A DNA stretch of 64,000 bases from Candidatus Woesearchaeota archaeon. GTDB taxonomy: Archaea > Nanobdellota > Nanobdellia > Pacearchaeales > GW2011-AR1. Made by a program: the position numbers and the translations under genes. Position 1 is the first letter of the stretch, and each line of letters starts with the position of its first letter. The notes under the pieces are model-generated. The model saw only the letters and a list, made by a program, of their open reading frames with translations. It was not told the DNA's origin and ran no database searches. Location: contig CAZRMJ010000002.1 in the NCBI GenBank assembly GCA_964601175.1, positions 5,842 to 69,841 on the forward strand, in the 5' to 3' direction. Positions 55,969 to 64,000 of this stretch are shown here, one piece after another.

Positions 55969-56833
55969 GTTTTGGACCTAACTGTTTTTTTAAGTACCTT
56001 ATGTGATGTCTCGCTTTTCTTCTCGAGATATAAAGATAAACAATTATTCCGATTATTGCAAGCCACAAAACTATAGTCCCTATAGGAATATTAGATTTTT
56101 GTCTTGTGCTTTCAAATGCTAAATCGTTAAAATTGATTTCTTTATTGATTACTCTTCTTTCTCCGACTTCATCGTTGTATTCTATTTCTACATTAATTGG
56201 ACCTTGACTCAATGATGCATCAAAGGTTGCAGACGTATCTTCATTTGATCCAAGCTCTCCAATAATTTTTACATTTCCTCCCTCAATTAGAGCGTTTGTT
56301 TGCGAAGGAATTTTTATAGTAATTGCTTGAGCGTCTTTATCTCCGATATTAACTATACCTATAACTAATTTTTTAGTAGAAAAAGAATAACTATCCAACG
56401 TAACAACGAAATCTGTTCTTACTTCTTTTACAGAGATGTTAAAATCATAAACTTTTGCAAATTGAGAATCTAAATTTATCCAAGTTTTAAGACTTAATTT
56501 TTGATCTCCATCTAATGCGTTAGAATCTACTCTAACTTTGTAAGGTACTAACCAGAAAGAATTGAATTCTCTGTCATATGTGCCGCCTTTTATAGTTTGT
56601 ATTTTTTTATACCCTGGATCCAATGTAAATGGATAGCCTTCTAAAAATTCTAAATTTATGTTTCCACATTCAGGATTTTCTGTACCTGCAATCTGGAAAA
56701 GTAGTTTCACAGTTTCACCAGGAACTGCTGAAACAGGATCTTGATTGACGAGAGTCGGAGTTAAAGTGCATAAGGCAGAGGCCGTATGCACCATTATAAA
56801 TGCTAAAGCTAAGATCATCACAACTCTTTTCAT
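55946..56833 (-). CDS. COG1361-like (S-layer-domain) exported protein with C-terminal TM anchor
   Basis: Signal peptide, NQDP..AVPGE.V, RVD.NA.DG, N.G..DA, IG.L; C-terminal TM plus basic tail. Confidence 0.75.
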   Translation of the reverse strand: MKRVVMILALAFIMVHTASALCTLTPTLVNQDPVSAVPGETVKLLFQIAGTENPECGNINLEFLEGYPFTLDPGYKKIQTIKGGTYDREFNSFWLVPYKVRVDSNALDGDQKLSLKTWINLDSQFAKVYDFNISVKEVRTDFVVTLDSYSFSTKKLVIGIVNIGDKDAQAITIKIPSQTNALIEGGNVKIIGELGSNEDTSATFDASLSQGPINVEIEYNDEVGERRVINKEINFNDLAFESTRQKSNIPIGTIVLWLAIIGIIVYLYISRRKARHHIRYLKKQLGPKLTRNEGL

Positions 56834-56922
56834 ATTTTTATTTAGAACCTTTTACTTATAAATGTTGACTGAAAAAACTATAAAACTTTATAAATGGTCA
56901 TCTGCTAAGGTGTCTGAAAAAA

Positions 56923-57096
56923 ATGGTGACCAAGTGTGTTTATTGCAAAGCAGAAATAACTGATGGCAGAGCTGTAGACGTATGTACTCATTGCGGTATT
57001 GGAATCTGGGGCGAAAAAATGTTTCAGACAATAATCAACAATATGGGTGCTGCTAGAGACAAAGGCGACCTTTATCAAGGAAGCGTTACTTCTTAA
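56923..57096 (+). CDS. Small zinc-finger protein (57 aa, absent from ORF track)
   Basis: MVTKCVYCKAEITDGRAVDVCTHCGIGIWGEKMFQTIINNMGAARDKGDLYQGSVTS*; CxxC-x12-CxxC; fills the intergenic gap; TTTATAAA upstream. Confidence 0.8.
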   Translation: MVTKCVYCKAEITDGRAVDVCTHCGIGIWGEKMFQTIINNMGAARDKGDLYQGSVTS

Positions 57097-57146
57097 GAAC
57101 GTTCTTCTTGCGGAAGCTTTTTAAAGCCCTCGAATCAGGTAATTCT

Positions 57147-57419
57147 ATGTTAACCAATAAAAATATTAGGAATAGGGGAAAGTTATCCTTCACAAAGTAT
57201 TTTCAACAATTTAGTGAAGGAGATAGTGTAGCTGTTGTTAGAGATTTAACTATACAAGGCACAGGATTCCCATCTAGACTTCAAGGAAGAACTGGAGTGG
57301 TTATTGGAAAGAGAGGAGAATCATTTATAGTTTCAATTAAAGATTTTACTAAACCTAAAACTTATATTATAAAACCTGTACATTTGAAGAAGATAGAAGG
57401 AGTTAAAAATGATAATTAA
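57147..57419 (+). CDS. rpl21e: 50S ribosomal protein eL21
   Basis: RGK.....YFQ.F.EGD.V, P.R.QGRTG.V.GKRG, P.HLKK; ATG at 57147. Confidence 0.93.
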   Translation: MLTNKNIRNRGKLSFTKYFQQFSEGDSVAVVRDLTIQGTGFPSRLQGRTGVVIGKRGESFIVSIKDFTKPKTYIIKPVHLKKIEGVKNDN

Positions 57420-57708
57420 AATGAATCCAGTTCATCTGGCAGATGTTGAGGAACTTGCTGGAGATCTTGAAAATAAACCTGAGCTTAAAGCATACTTAAA
57501 GGAATTTTCAAAGTTAGATAAGAAAAAATCTGATGCATTATTAGAAGGATTAAGATCATTGAATAACCATAAAATAAAAGAAGAATCCATGGTTAAAATA
57601 ATAGACCTTTTACCTAAGGATTCAGAATCATTAGTTAAAATATTCAATGATGTATCCTTAGATGAAAAAGAGTTAGAGGCTATTCTAAACTTAGTGAAGG
57701 AGTATTAA
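57409..57708 (+). CDS. rpoF: DNA-directed RNA polymerase subunit F (Rpo4)
   Basis: YL..FSKL, VKI.DLLP...E.L..IF, E.E.IL..V..Y; position between rpl21e and DUF655. Confidence 0.88.
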   Translation: MIIKMNPVHLADVEELAGDLENKPELKAYLKEFSKLDKKKSDALLEGLRSLNNHKIKEESMVKIIDLLPKDSESLVKIFNDVSLDEKELEAILNLVKEY

Positions 57709-57710
57709 TC

Positions 57711-58250
57711 ATGATTAAGAAAGATGATTATGCTTTAGTATTAGATTATCTTGCAAATGGATATCCATTGTCTGGAAATATGAGGCCAGTTGTTCAAGCA
57801 ATAGGAACTGAACATTTAGCATTACTTGAACTTGCACCCGTTAGAGGGGCTCAAATAGCACTAGATGAAAAAGTTTATATAGGCCCGGATAAGAGAGACA
57901 AGATATACTACATTATCGGCAGATTACGTGTCGATAAGTTAACAGGAACTGCGAAGATCCAATTACAGAAGTTCGTTGAAACTTATGTTGGGGAGCGTGA
58001 AGAAGAGTTTGTTAAATTCTTTAATTCTGCTCAAGCCATAAACACAAGGCTCCATCAACTTGAACTTCTACCTGGATTTGGTCGCAAACATACACAAGAG
58101 TTGCTTAACGTTAGGAATGAGAAACCTTTTGCTTCGTTTGAAGAAATCAAACAGAGAGTTAAAAGTGCTCCCGATCCTAGAAGGGCAATAGAAAAAAGGA
58201 TAATGGAAGAGTTAACCGAAAACCCTAGACAAAGGTTATTTGTTAAATAA
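57711..58250 (+). CDS. DUF655 putative RNA-binding protein (COG1491)
   Basis: A.VLDYL..G, QAIG....LLEL, VYIG...RDKI, RLHQLELLPG.G.K. Confidence 0.92.
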   Translation: MIKKDDYALVLDYLANGYPLSGNMRPVVQAIGTEHLALLELAPVRGAQIALDEKVYIGPDKRDKIYYIIGRLRVDKLTGTAKIQLQKFVETYVGEREEEFVKFFNSAQAINTRLHQLELLPGFGRKHTQELLNVRNEKPFASFEEIKQRVKSAPDPRRAIEKRIMEELTENPRQRLFVK

Positions 58251-58252
58251 AA

Positions 58253-58771
58253 ATGGCAGAAGAAAAAACAAACGAACAATCTGGAAAGAAAGAAGTTAGG
58301 CAGGACTATAAGCTTAAGCAGCAAAGAGAAGAGGAATTATTAGAATCATTGGTTAGAATTCATGGTAAAGATATTCCCGGAGGAAAAAAAGTTTATCCTG
58401 GATTGACTTATATTAAAGGGATATCTTGGTCAGTCTCTAATGCTATTTGTAGGCTTCTTGAGATAGATAAGAATTCTAAAATATCTGATCTTTCAAAAAC
58501 TCAAATAGAAAAGATAGAATCTTTTATTCAAAACCCTAAGATATACGAATATATGATGAATAGACAAAAAGATTACGAATCAGGTAATTCTAAACACATA
58601 TTTACAAACGAATTGGACATGACAAAAGATTTTGATATAAAACGCATGAAACAAATAAAGAGCTACAAAGGTATGCGTCATTCTCTTAAACAACCAGTGA
58701 GAGGACAAAGAACTAGAAGCCATTTCAGAACAACAGGAGTAACTGTAGGAGTAAAGAAGAAAGCTAAGTAA
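58253..58771 (+). CDS. rps13: 30S ribosomal protein uS13
   Basis: LVRI.G.DIPG, LT.IKGI, NRQKD, SYKG.RH...PVRGQRTRS. Confidence 0.96.
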   Translation: MAEEKTNEQSGKKEVRQDYKLKQQREEELLESLVRIHGKDIPGGKKVYPGLTYIKGISWSVSNAICRLLEIDKNSKISDLSKTQIEKIESFIQNPKIYEYMMNRQKDYESGNSKHIFTNELDMTKDFDIKRMKQIKSYKGMRHSLKQPVRGQRTRSHFRTTGVTVGVKKKAK

Positions 58772-58772
58772 A

Positions 58773-59252
58773 ATGATTCGCAAAAAAAATAAATTTTCGT
58801 GGCCAAGAAAGCTTTATGATAAGTCTAGAATAAGCGATGAGAATAAACTTGTCGAAGAATATGGACTTAAGAACAAAAGGGAAATTTGGAAAGCTGAAGC
58901 AAAAATAAAATACTTTAGAAATAGAGCTAAATTTTTGATTACTGAACCACAAGAAGAAAAGGAGAAGTTTTTCACTAAGCTTAGAAATATGGGATTAGAT
59001 GTAAAGACTATTGCAGATGTTCTTGCACTTAATAAAGAAGACCTGTTGAAAAGAAGATTGTCTACAGTTGTTTGGAAAAAAGGACTTTCAAATACAGCTA
59101 AACATGCTAGACAGTTAATTGTTCACAAAAAAGTTTACGTCGAAGAAAGATTAGTTAATATTCCAAGTTATATTGTTCCTACTTCTGTTGAATCAACAAT
59201 AAGTTTGAGACAAAAAATAGCTAAAGCTAAACCTGCAGAGGTAACTGAATGA
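58773..59252 (+). CDS. rps4: 30S ribosomal protein uS4
   Basis: YGLKNKREIWK, L.RRL.T.V...GL...K.ARQLIVH, IPSY.V. Confidence 0.96.
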   Translation: MIRKKNKFSWPRKLYDKSRISDENKLVEEYGLKNKREIWKAEAKIKYFRNRAKFLITEPQEEKEKFFTKLRNMGLDVKTIADVLALNKEDLLKRRLSTVVWKKGLSNTAKHARQLIVHKKVYVEERLVNIPSYIVPTSVESTISLRQKIAKAKPAEVTE

Positions 59253-59746
59253 AGAAAGAATCTAAAGTTGAAGCTGAAAATAAAGAAGAAAAAATAGAAT
59301 CTACTGAGACTTCTGATCAAGAAGTTTCTTCTGAAGAAAATCGCGCCTCTAAGGAAAAAGAAGAGAAGGCAGAATTAACTCCTGGAATTGCTTATGTCTT
59401 TGGTTCATATAACAACACAATAGTCCATATAACTGATTTATCTGGTGCAACAATAACTAGAATAAGTGGTGGAATGGTTACAAAGCACAGCAGACTTAAG
59501 GCAAACCCTACTACTGCTATGTTCGTTGCTAAGAGAGCTTCTGAATTTGCAAGAGATGCTGGAATAAATGCATTATACGTTAGAACAAGAGGAAAGACAA
59601 ACTCTCCAGGAATTGGTCCTGGCGCTCATGCTGCCGTAAAAACCTTAGGCAAAGAAGGATTCAAAATATTAGGAGTTTTGGATACTCACAGAGTGCCTAG
59701 AGGTGGACCTAAGAAGAAGGGAGGTAAGAGAGGAAGGAGAGTTTAA
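59249..59746 (+). CDS. rps11: 30S ribosomal protein uS11 with acidic N-terminal extension
   Basis: GIA.V..SYNNTIVHITDL.G, SGGM, GPGA, KGGKRGRRV. Confidence 0.95.
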   Translation: MKKESKVEAENKEEKIESTETSDQEVSSEENRASKEKEEKAELTPGIAYVFGSYNNTIVHITDLSGATITRISGGMVTKHSRLKANPTTAMFVAKRASEFARDAGINALYVRTRGKTNSPGIGPGAHAAVKTLGKEGFKILGVLDTHRVPRGGPKKKGGKRGRRV

Positions 59747-59782
59747 AGGATAATTTTAAAAGCCTTTTCTCTAAATACAATC

Positions 59783-60481
59783 ATGGAAATAATTTCTAAA
59801 ACACCTGAGGGGATAGTTATCAGAACTGATAGCAATTATTCTTTGCTTAATGCAGTTAGGAGAAGCGTTGAAGAAATACCAGTCCTTGCCGTGGATGAAG
59901 TAGAAATCTTCAAGAATGACTCTGCATTATATGATGAAGTTCTTGCACACAGAATAGGACTTATGCCTCTAAAAAATGAAGGAAAAGTTTCAAGCAAATC
60001 TTCTGCTACTTTATCTTTGAAAAAAGTAGGTCCTTGCACAGTTTATTCTGGAGACTTCAAAGGAGATATAGAAGTAGTTTATGATTCTATCCCGATAACA
60101 ATATTGGAGAAAGATCAAGAAATAGAACTTTCTGCAACAGTTAATGTGGGCAATGGATTGATGCATGCGAAATATGTTCCGGGACTTATTTATTATAGAA
60201 ACTTATTCGAAGTTAAGTCTGGAAATGTAAAGATAGATTCAATAGTACAAGATTCAAAAGGTCCCTTGAAGCCTGAAAAGAAAGGAACCAAATGGACTTG
60301 TGATTTGACAGATTATCAAGCTGAAGAAATCAAAAGACTTGACAAAGATTCTATTTCAGACTCTTCTGAATTTTTGCTATTTGTTGAATCTTTTGGAATC
60401 TTAGATTCTGATAAGATATTAGCTAAATCAATAGGATCTTTGCAAGACAATTTAGAGTCTTTTGAAAAATCTCTGAAATAA
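59783..60481 (+). CDS. rpoD: DNA-directed RNA polymerase subunit D (Rpo3), without Fe-S domain cysteines
   Basis: NA.RR...EIP.LA.D.V.I..N.SALYDE.LAHRIGL.PL, HAKY.PG, VES.G. Confidence 0.94.
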   Translation: MEIISKTPEGIVIRTDSNYSLLNAVRRSVEEIPVLAVDEVEIFKNDSALYDEVLAHRIGLMPLKNEGKVSSKSSATLSLKKVGPCTVYSGDFKGDIEVVYDSIPITILEKDQEIELSATVNVGNGLMHAKYVPGLIYYRNLFEVKSGNVKIDSIVQDSKGPLKPEKKGTKWTCDLTDYQAEEIKRLDKDSISDSSEFLLFVESFGILDSDKILAKSIGSLQDNLESFEKSLK

Positions 60482-60482
60482 A

Positions 60483-60851
60483 ATGATAAGTAACACTGCA
60501 CTGGCTAAAAGAATAAATAAAAAAATGGACACTTATGTAGTGGATACATTATTTGCTGCAAAGAGATCTAAGGCTTGGAATAAGATTGCACAGATAATTT
60601 CTGGAGGAAGAAGAAAATATCCTTCAATAAATTTAAGCAGAATTGATAAAGAATCTTCTGGAAGCGAAATACTTGTAATTCCTGGAAAAGTTTTGGGTTC
60701 TGGAGACCTATCTAAGAAAGTTAAGATTTGCGCACTTTATTTTTCTGAATCTGCAATGGCAAAAATCAAAGAAAAAAAAGCTGAAGCAATAAAAATAATT
60801 GATGAAATTAAGAAAAATCCTAATGCGGAGGGGATTAAAATATTAATATGA
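60483..60851 (+). CDS. rpl18e: 50S ribosomal protein eL18
   Basis: W..IA.......RR....INL.RI, VIPGKVLGSG, AL.FS.SA..KI. Confidence 0.95.
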   Translation: MISNTALAKRINKKMDTYVVDTLFAAKRSKAWNKIAQIISGGRRKYPSINLSRIDKESSGSEILVIPGKVLGSGDLSKKVKICALYFSESAMAKIKEKKAEAIKIIDEIKKNPNAEGIKILI

Positions 60852-61252
60852 TCTCGATAGTAGTTGATGGTACAAATTCAGTTCTTGGACGTCTTTCAAG
60901 TTATGTTGCTAAACAGGCACTTCTTGGAAAGAATGTTTCAGTCGTAAATTGTGAAAAGATAGTTATTTCTGGAAACAGACGTTTGGCTCTTGAAGGTTAC
61001 AAAGAAATTCGTGCTAAGGGAGGTTCTTCTTTGAAAGGTCCTCTTTTCCCTACAAAACCTGCAGCAATCGTTAAAAGAACCATAAGGGGAATGTTATCTC
61101 ATAAACAAGGAAGAGGTGCAGAAGCCCTTAAGAAAATAAGATGTTATGAAGGATTGCCTGCTGAATTTTTGGAAGCTAAACTTCAAAATGTTTCTCCATC
61201 TAAAGGAGTAGTTACAATTTCTCTAAAAGAAATTAGCGAGGAGTTAAGATGA
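60848..61252 (+). CDS. rpl13: 50S ribosomal protein uL13
   Basis: DG...VLGRL.S.VAK..L.G, N.EK.VISG, P..IVKRTIRGML..K..RG. Confidence 0.96.
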   Translation: MISIVVDGTNSVLGRLSSYVAKQALLGKNVSVVNCEKIVISGNRRLALEGYKEIRAKGGSSLKGPLFPTKPAAIVKRTIRGMLSHKQGRGAEALKKIRCYEGLPAEFLEAKLQNVSPSKGVVTISLKEISEELR

Positions 61253-61656
61253 GCGATTTATTATTTAGAACATCTGGTAAAAGAAAAACTTCTGTTGCTA
61301 AAATAAAAGTTTTGAATGGAAGTGGAAAAATATTGTACAATAATTTTCTTATTGATAATTTAAAGATGTTCCACAATCTATCATTACTTGAACCTGTGAG
61401 AATATATGAAAGCCTTTTCGAAAAATTTCCTTATAATCTTGAGATCAAAACAAATGGTGGCGGAAAAGAGTCCCAGATTCAAGCTGCTAGACTTGCAATT
61501 GCTAAGGCACTTGTCAATTTGACTAAAAAATCTGAACTTAAAGAAGCTTATTTGAAATATGATAGGCATATGCTTGTTGCAGATGTTAGACGTAAAGAAC
61601 AACGCAAACCTGGAGACTCTAAAGCTCGTGCGAAAAGACAAAAATCTTATCGTTAA
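61249..61656 (+). CDS. rps9: 30S ribosomal protein uS9
   Basis: SGKRKTSVA, GGG..SQ..A.R.AIAKAL, YDR.MLV.D.RRKE..K, AR..RQKSYR. Confidence 0.96.
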   Translation: MSDLLFRTSGKRKTSVAKIKVLNGSGKILYNNFLIDNLKMFHNLSLLEPVRIYESLFEKFPYNLEIKTNGGGKESQIQAARLAIAKALVNLTKKSELKEAYLKYDRHMLVADVRRKEQRKPGDSKARAKRQKSYR

Positions 61657-61813
61657 ACAAAATGATTCTACTTGAAGATATTATTTCACTAATAAACTTG
61701 ATCAACCACTATTTTGTTAGGGCCGTGTATTTTTTCTCTAATCTGAGATCTTAAAATTTAGAAATATATCTTTTACAAAACCTTTTAAACAAAGGCATTT
61801 CTTTAATATTAAG

Positions 61814-62641
61814 ATGGTGATTGAAGCTTTAAACAAATTAAATACTGAGCTGAAAATCAGAGGATTTTCTCAGTTGACAGTTAGAAATTATTCATTTTTT
61901 GTTAACAAATTTATTCTAAAGGCAAATAAGCCTGTCGAACAATTAACTCAGGATGATGCTAGAAACTATCTTGCTGAAATGTTTGAAGATAAATCCAAAA
62001 ATACTATAATGCTTGCAGCTGCAGCTCTAAAGTTTTTTTATGCAGAAATATTAAAAAAAGATTTTGGTGAAATAAAAATGCCCAAGAAAGATAAAAGACT
62101 TCCAGAAGTTTTAACAAGAGATGAAGTTTCAAAATTAATTAATTCTGCTGAAACTAGAAAATCAAGATTAATACTTTCACTACTATATTCTTCTGGATTG
62201 AGAGTTTCTGAACTTGTTAATTTGAAACCTCAAGATATAAACTTTGCAGAAAACATTGGATGGGTTAGAGGCGGAAAGGGGTCAAAAGATAGAATGTTTA
62301 CATTATCTTCAAATTTGGCCGGAGAAATAAAAGAATATTTGAAAAGAAAAGAAAACTCCAGATACTTATTTTCTGAAGAAGATCCTTTGACCACAAGAAA
62401 TATACAGAAAATAGTAAAACAGTTGAGAACTAAAGCAGATATACAGAAAAAAATAACCCCTCATACATTAAGGCACAGTTTTGCAACTCATTTACTTGAG
62501 AATGGAACTGATATTAGAATGATTCAGGCATTATTGGGACACAGCTCTTTGAACACAACTCAGATTTATACGCACATATCTTCCGACCAAATAAAGAAGA
62601 TACAAAATCCATTAGACGTTCTTGGGAATAAAACTCAATAA
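61814..62641 (+). CDS. xerA: Tyrosine recombinase XerA-like
   Basis: RG.S..T.RNY, LY.SGLRVSEL, GKG.KDR, TPHTLRHSFATHLLE.G.DIR.IQ.LLGH..L.TTQIY; full R-K-H-R-H-Y catalytic set. Confidence 0.88.
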   Translation: MVIEALNKLNTELKIRGFSQLTVRNYSFFVNKFILKANKPVEQLTQDDARNYLAEMFEDKSKNTIMLAAAALKFFYAEILKKDFGEIKMPKKDKRLPEVLTRDEVSKLINSAETRKSRLILSLLYSSGLRVSELVNLKPQDINFAENIGWVRGGKGSKDRMFTLSSNLAGEIKEYLKRKENSRYLFSEEDPLTTRNIQKIVKQLRTKADIQKKITPHTLRHSFATHLLENGTDIRMIQALLGHSSLNTTQIYTHISSDQIKKIQNPLDVLGNKTQ

Positions 62642-62671
62642 ATTTATAACGAGAATTACCCTACGCTTTTT

Positions 62672-63562
62672 ATGAAAACTACCCTTATAATTACTAGTTT
62701 TAAAGAACCTAAAACTATTGGAAATGCTATAAGCGCTGCATTAAATCAAGATACCAAAGTTAACTATGAAATTATCGTATCTGCTCCAGATGAAGAAACA
62801 TTAAATGTTGCTAGAAAATATTCTTCAAAAAATAAAAAATTAAAAATTTTCAAAGATCCAGGAAAGGGAAAAAGTTTTGCTTTAAACTTATTGTTCAAAA
62901 AAATAAAATCAGATATATTAATATTAACTGATGGAGATGTTTTCTTGAATAAGATAGCAATAAAAGAGATTGTAAATCTTTTTGAAGATCCTAAGATCGG
63001 GTGCGTTACAGGAAGACCTATACCCTTTGAAGATAGGAAAACTAAGTATGGCTATTGGGCTAATTTTTTATTTGATAGTGCTCATAAAATAAGAAAAGAG
63101 TCTTATTCCAAAGGGAAATTTATAGAGTGTTCCGGATATCTTTTTGCATTTAGAAAAAAAGAGATAGATCAGATACCTTTAGACGTTGCTGAAGATTCTG
63201 TTATCCCCTATTACTTTACTCAAAAAGGGTATTCTATAGGTTATGCTGAAAAAGCTGAAGTTTATGTTAGGAATGTTGACAATTGGTCCGATTGGGTAAA
63301 ACAAAAGATTAGAACAAGCAAAGCACATGAAACTCTTTCAAAATATGTAGATACAAATAAGGTAAAAAGAGTAAAATCTTTTTCTAACGAATCTAAAGGT
63401 ATTTTCTCTCTTATTTCATATCCTAGAAATCTTAAGGAATTTTGGTGGTCAATTGAATTAGCTTTTGCTAGACTTTATATGTGGATGATGGTTTTTTGGG
63501 ATACTAAAGCCAAGTCAAAACATTATGGAGATAACTGGGAAAGAGTTGAAAGCACTAAATAA
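62672..63562 (+). CDS. GT2 family glycosyltransferase
   Basis: GKS.ALN, LTDGDV, G.V.GRP.P, SG.LFAFR, AED, Q..R. Confidence 0.87.
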   Translation: MKTTLIITSFKEPKTIGNAISAALNQDTKVNYEIIVSAPDEETLNVARKYSSKNKKLKIFKDPGKGKSFALNLLFKKIKSDILILTDGDVFLNKIAIKEIVNLFEDPKIGCVTGRPIPFEDRKTKYGYWANFLFDSAHKIRKESYSKGKFIECSGYLFAFRKKEIDQIPLDVAEDSVIPYYFTQKGYSIGYAEKAEVYVRNVDNWSDWVKQKIRTSKAHETLSKYVDTNKVKRVKSFSNESKGIFSLISYPRNLKEFWWSIELAFARLYMWMMVFWDTKAKSKHYGDNWERVESTK

Positions 63563-63608
63563 TATTTAGCACATAAATTAATATAAATTCTAAAGTCCTG
63601 GTTTTTTT

Positions 63609-64000
63609 ATGGATACAGGATATAAAATTGGAGAAATTATGGTCAGAGATGTTAAGACTACATTTCAAGGAGATATCATAACTCTTGCTGCTAAAAAGAT
63701 GGCTGAGGAAAAAATAGGCTGCTTAGTTATAACAGACGATAAGGAAAAGGTAATAGGAATATTAACCGAACAAGATATAGCAAGGAAAGTTGTTGCTGAA
63801 GGGAGAGAAGGGGCTGCCACTCTTGTAAAAGAGATTATGTCTAAAGAAATTGTACATATTGAGCCCCATCAAGATCTTCATAAGGCAGTAGAATTAATGG
63901 AGCAAAACAGCATAAAACATTTACCAGTCATACTTAATGGCAAACTTCAAGGGATAATTACATTCAAGGATATTATTGCAATAGAGCCTGCGTTGATTGA
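63609..64000 (+). CDS. CBS-domain protein (3' truncated by window)
   Basis: MDTGYKIGEIMVRDV...AAKKM..KIGCLVI...GILTEQDI...VKEIMS...IKHLPVI..GKLQGIITFKDI; open frame to the window end. Confidence 0.88.
   Translation, partial: MDTGYKIGEIMVRDVKTTFQGDIITLAAKKMAEEKIGCLVITDDKEKVIGILTEQDIARKVVAEGREGAATLVKEIMSKEIVHIEPHQDLHKAVELMEQNSIKHLPVILNGKLQGIITFKDIIAIEPALI

Noticed and set aside
172..61641. Numerous 60-155 aa ORFs antisense to or out of frame within real genes (e.g. 4889-5356, 10352-10735, 12659-13009, 18885-19193)
   Set aside because: Shadow ORFs overlapping well-supported genes, with no motifs.
61662..61754. 30-aa ORF MILLEDIISLINLINHYFVRAVYFFSNLRS where rpoN normally sits
   Set aside because: No similarity to RpoN or any motif; too short to support.
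63566..63593. Weak dif-like repeat downstream of xerA-GT2
   Set aside because: Only 7/11 symmetric, and explained by the promoter of the CBS gene.
61814..64000. Integrated mobile element starting at the tyrosine recombinase
   Set aside because: No adjacent tRNA/att duplication and no phage or plasmid genes; the protein looks like chromosomal XerA.
1..64000. CRISPR arrays, IS elements, inteins, tRNA introns, alternative genetic code
   Set aside because: None seen. Conserved genes are full length under code 11; the single internal TAA is better explained as a nonsense change.

Overview
Archaeal chromosomal window, AT-rich, genetic code 11. It is most consistent with a reduced DPANN genome (Pacearchaeota/Woesearchaeota-like); this is an inference from the N-terminally shortened eS4, R15P isomerase, stand-alone 5S rRNA and trimmed ribosomal clusters. 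Layout: (1) 1-12.5 kb, S10/spc ribosomal protein cluster through secY, EMC3-like and prefoldin, with a rubredoxin-like gene and a VIT1/CCC1 transporter inserted; (2) 12.5-14.3 kb, R15P isomerase and SpoIIM-like protein; (3) 14.3-47 kb, a ~33 kb protein-glycosylation island headed by aglB, with flippases, Alg13/14- and Alg5-like GTs, GT2/GT4/GT-C enzymes, asnB, gmd, RmlD-like reductases, two sugar C-methyltransferases, a His-type PLP dehydratase and one nonsense-interrupted cupin; (4) 47-57 kb, secD/secF, three tRNAs, 5S rRNA, Rpp21, rpoN and a MacB-type ABC module with two COG1361 proteins; (5) 57-64 kb, rpl21e-rpoF-DUF655, the S13-S4-S11-rpoD-L18e-L13-S9 cluster, xerA, a GT2 and a CBS protein. 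The most striking observations are a sugar-nucleotide PLP enzyme fused in frame to the C-terminal collar domain of a replication factor C small subunit, tRNA promoters at an identical distance from the mature 5' ends with Rpp29 missing from its usual slot, single palindromic TATA boxes shared by divergent genes, a His-rich uL22, uS11 lacking its isoAsp-site residue, and a PDZ-bearing SecD with a D-to-N change at the ion-coupling site. All calls come from reading motifs by eye; no searches were run.
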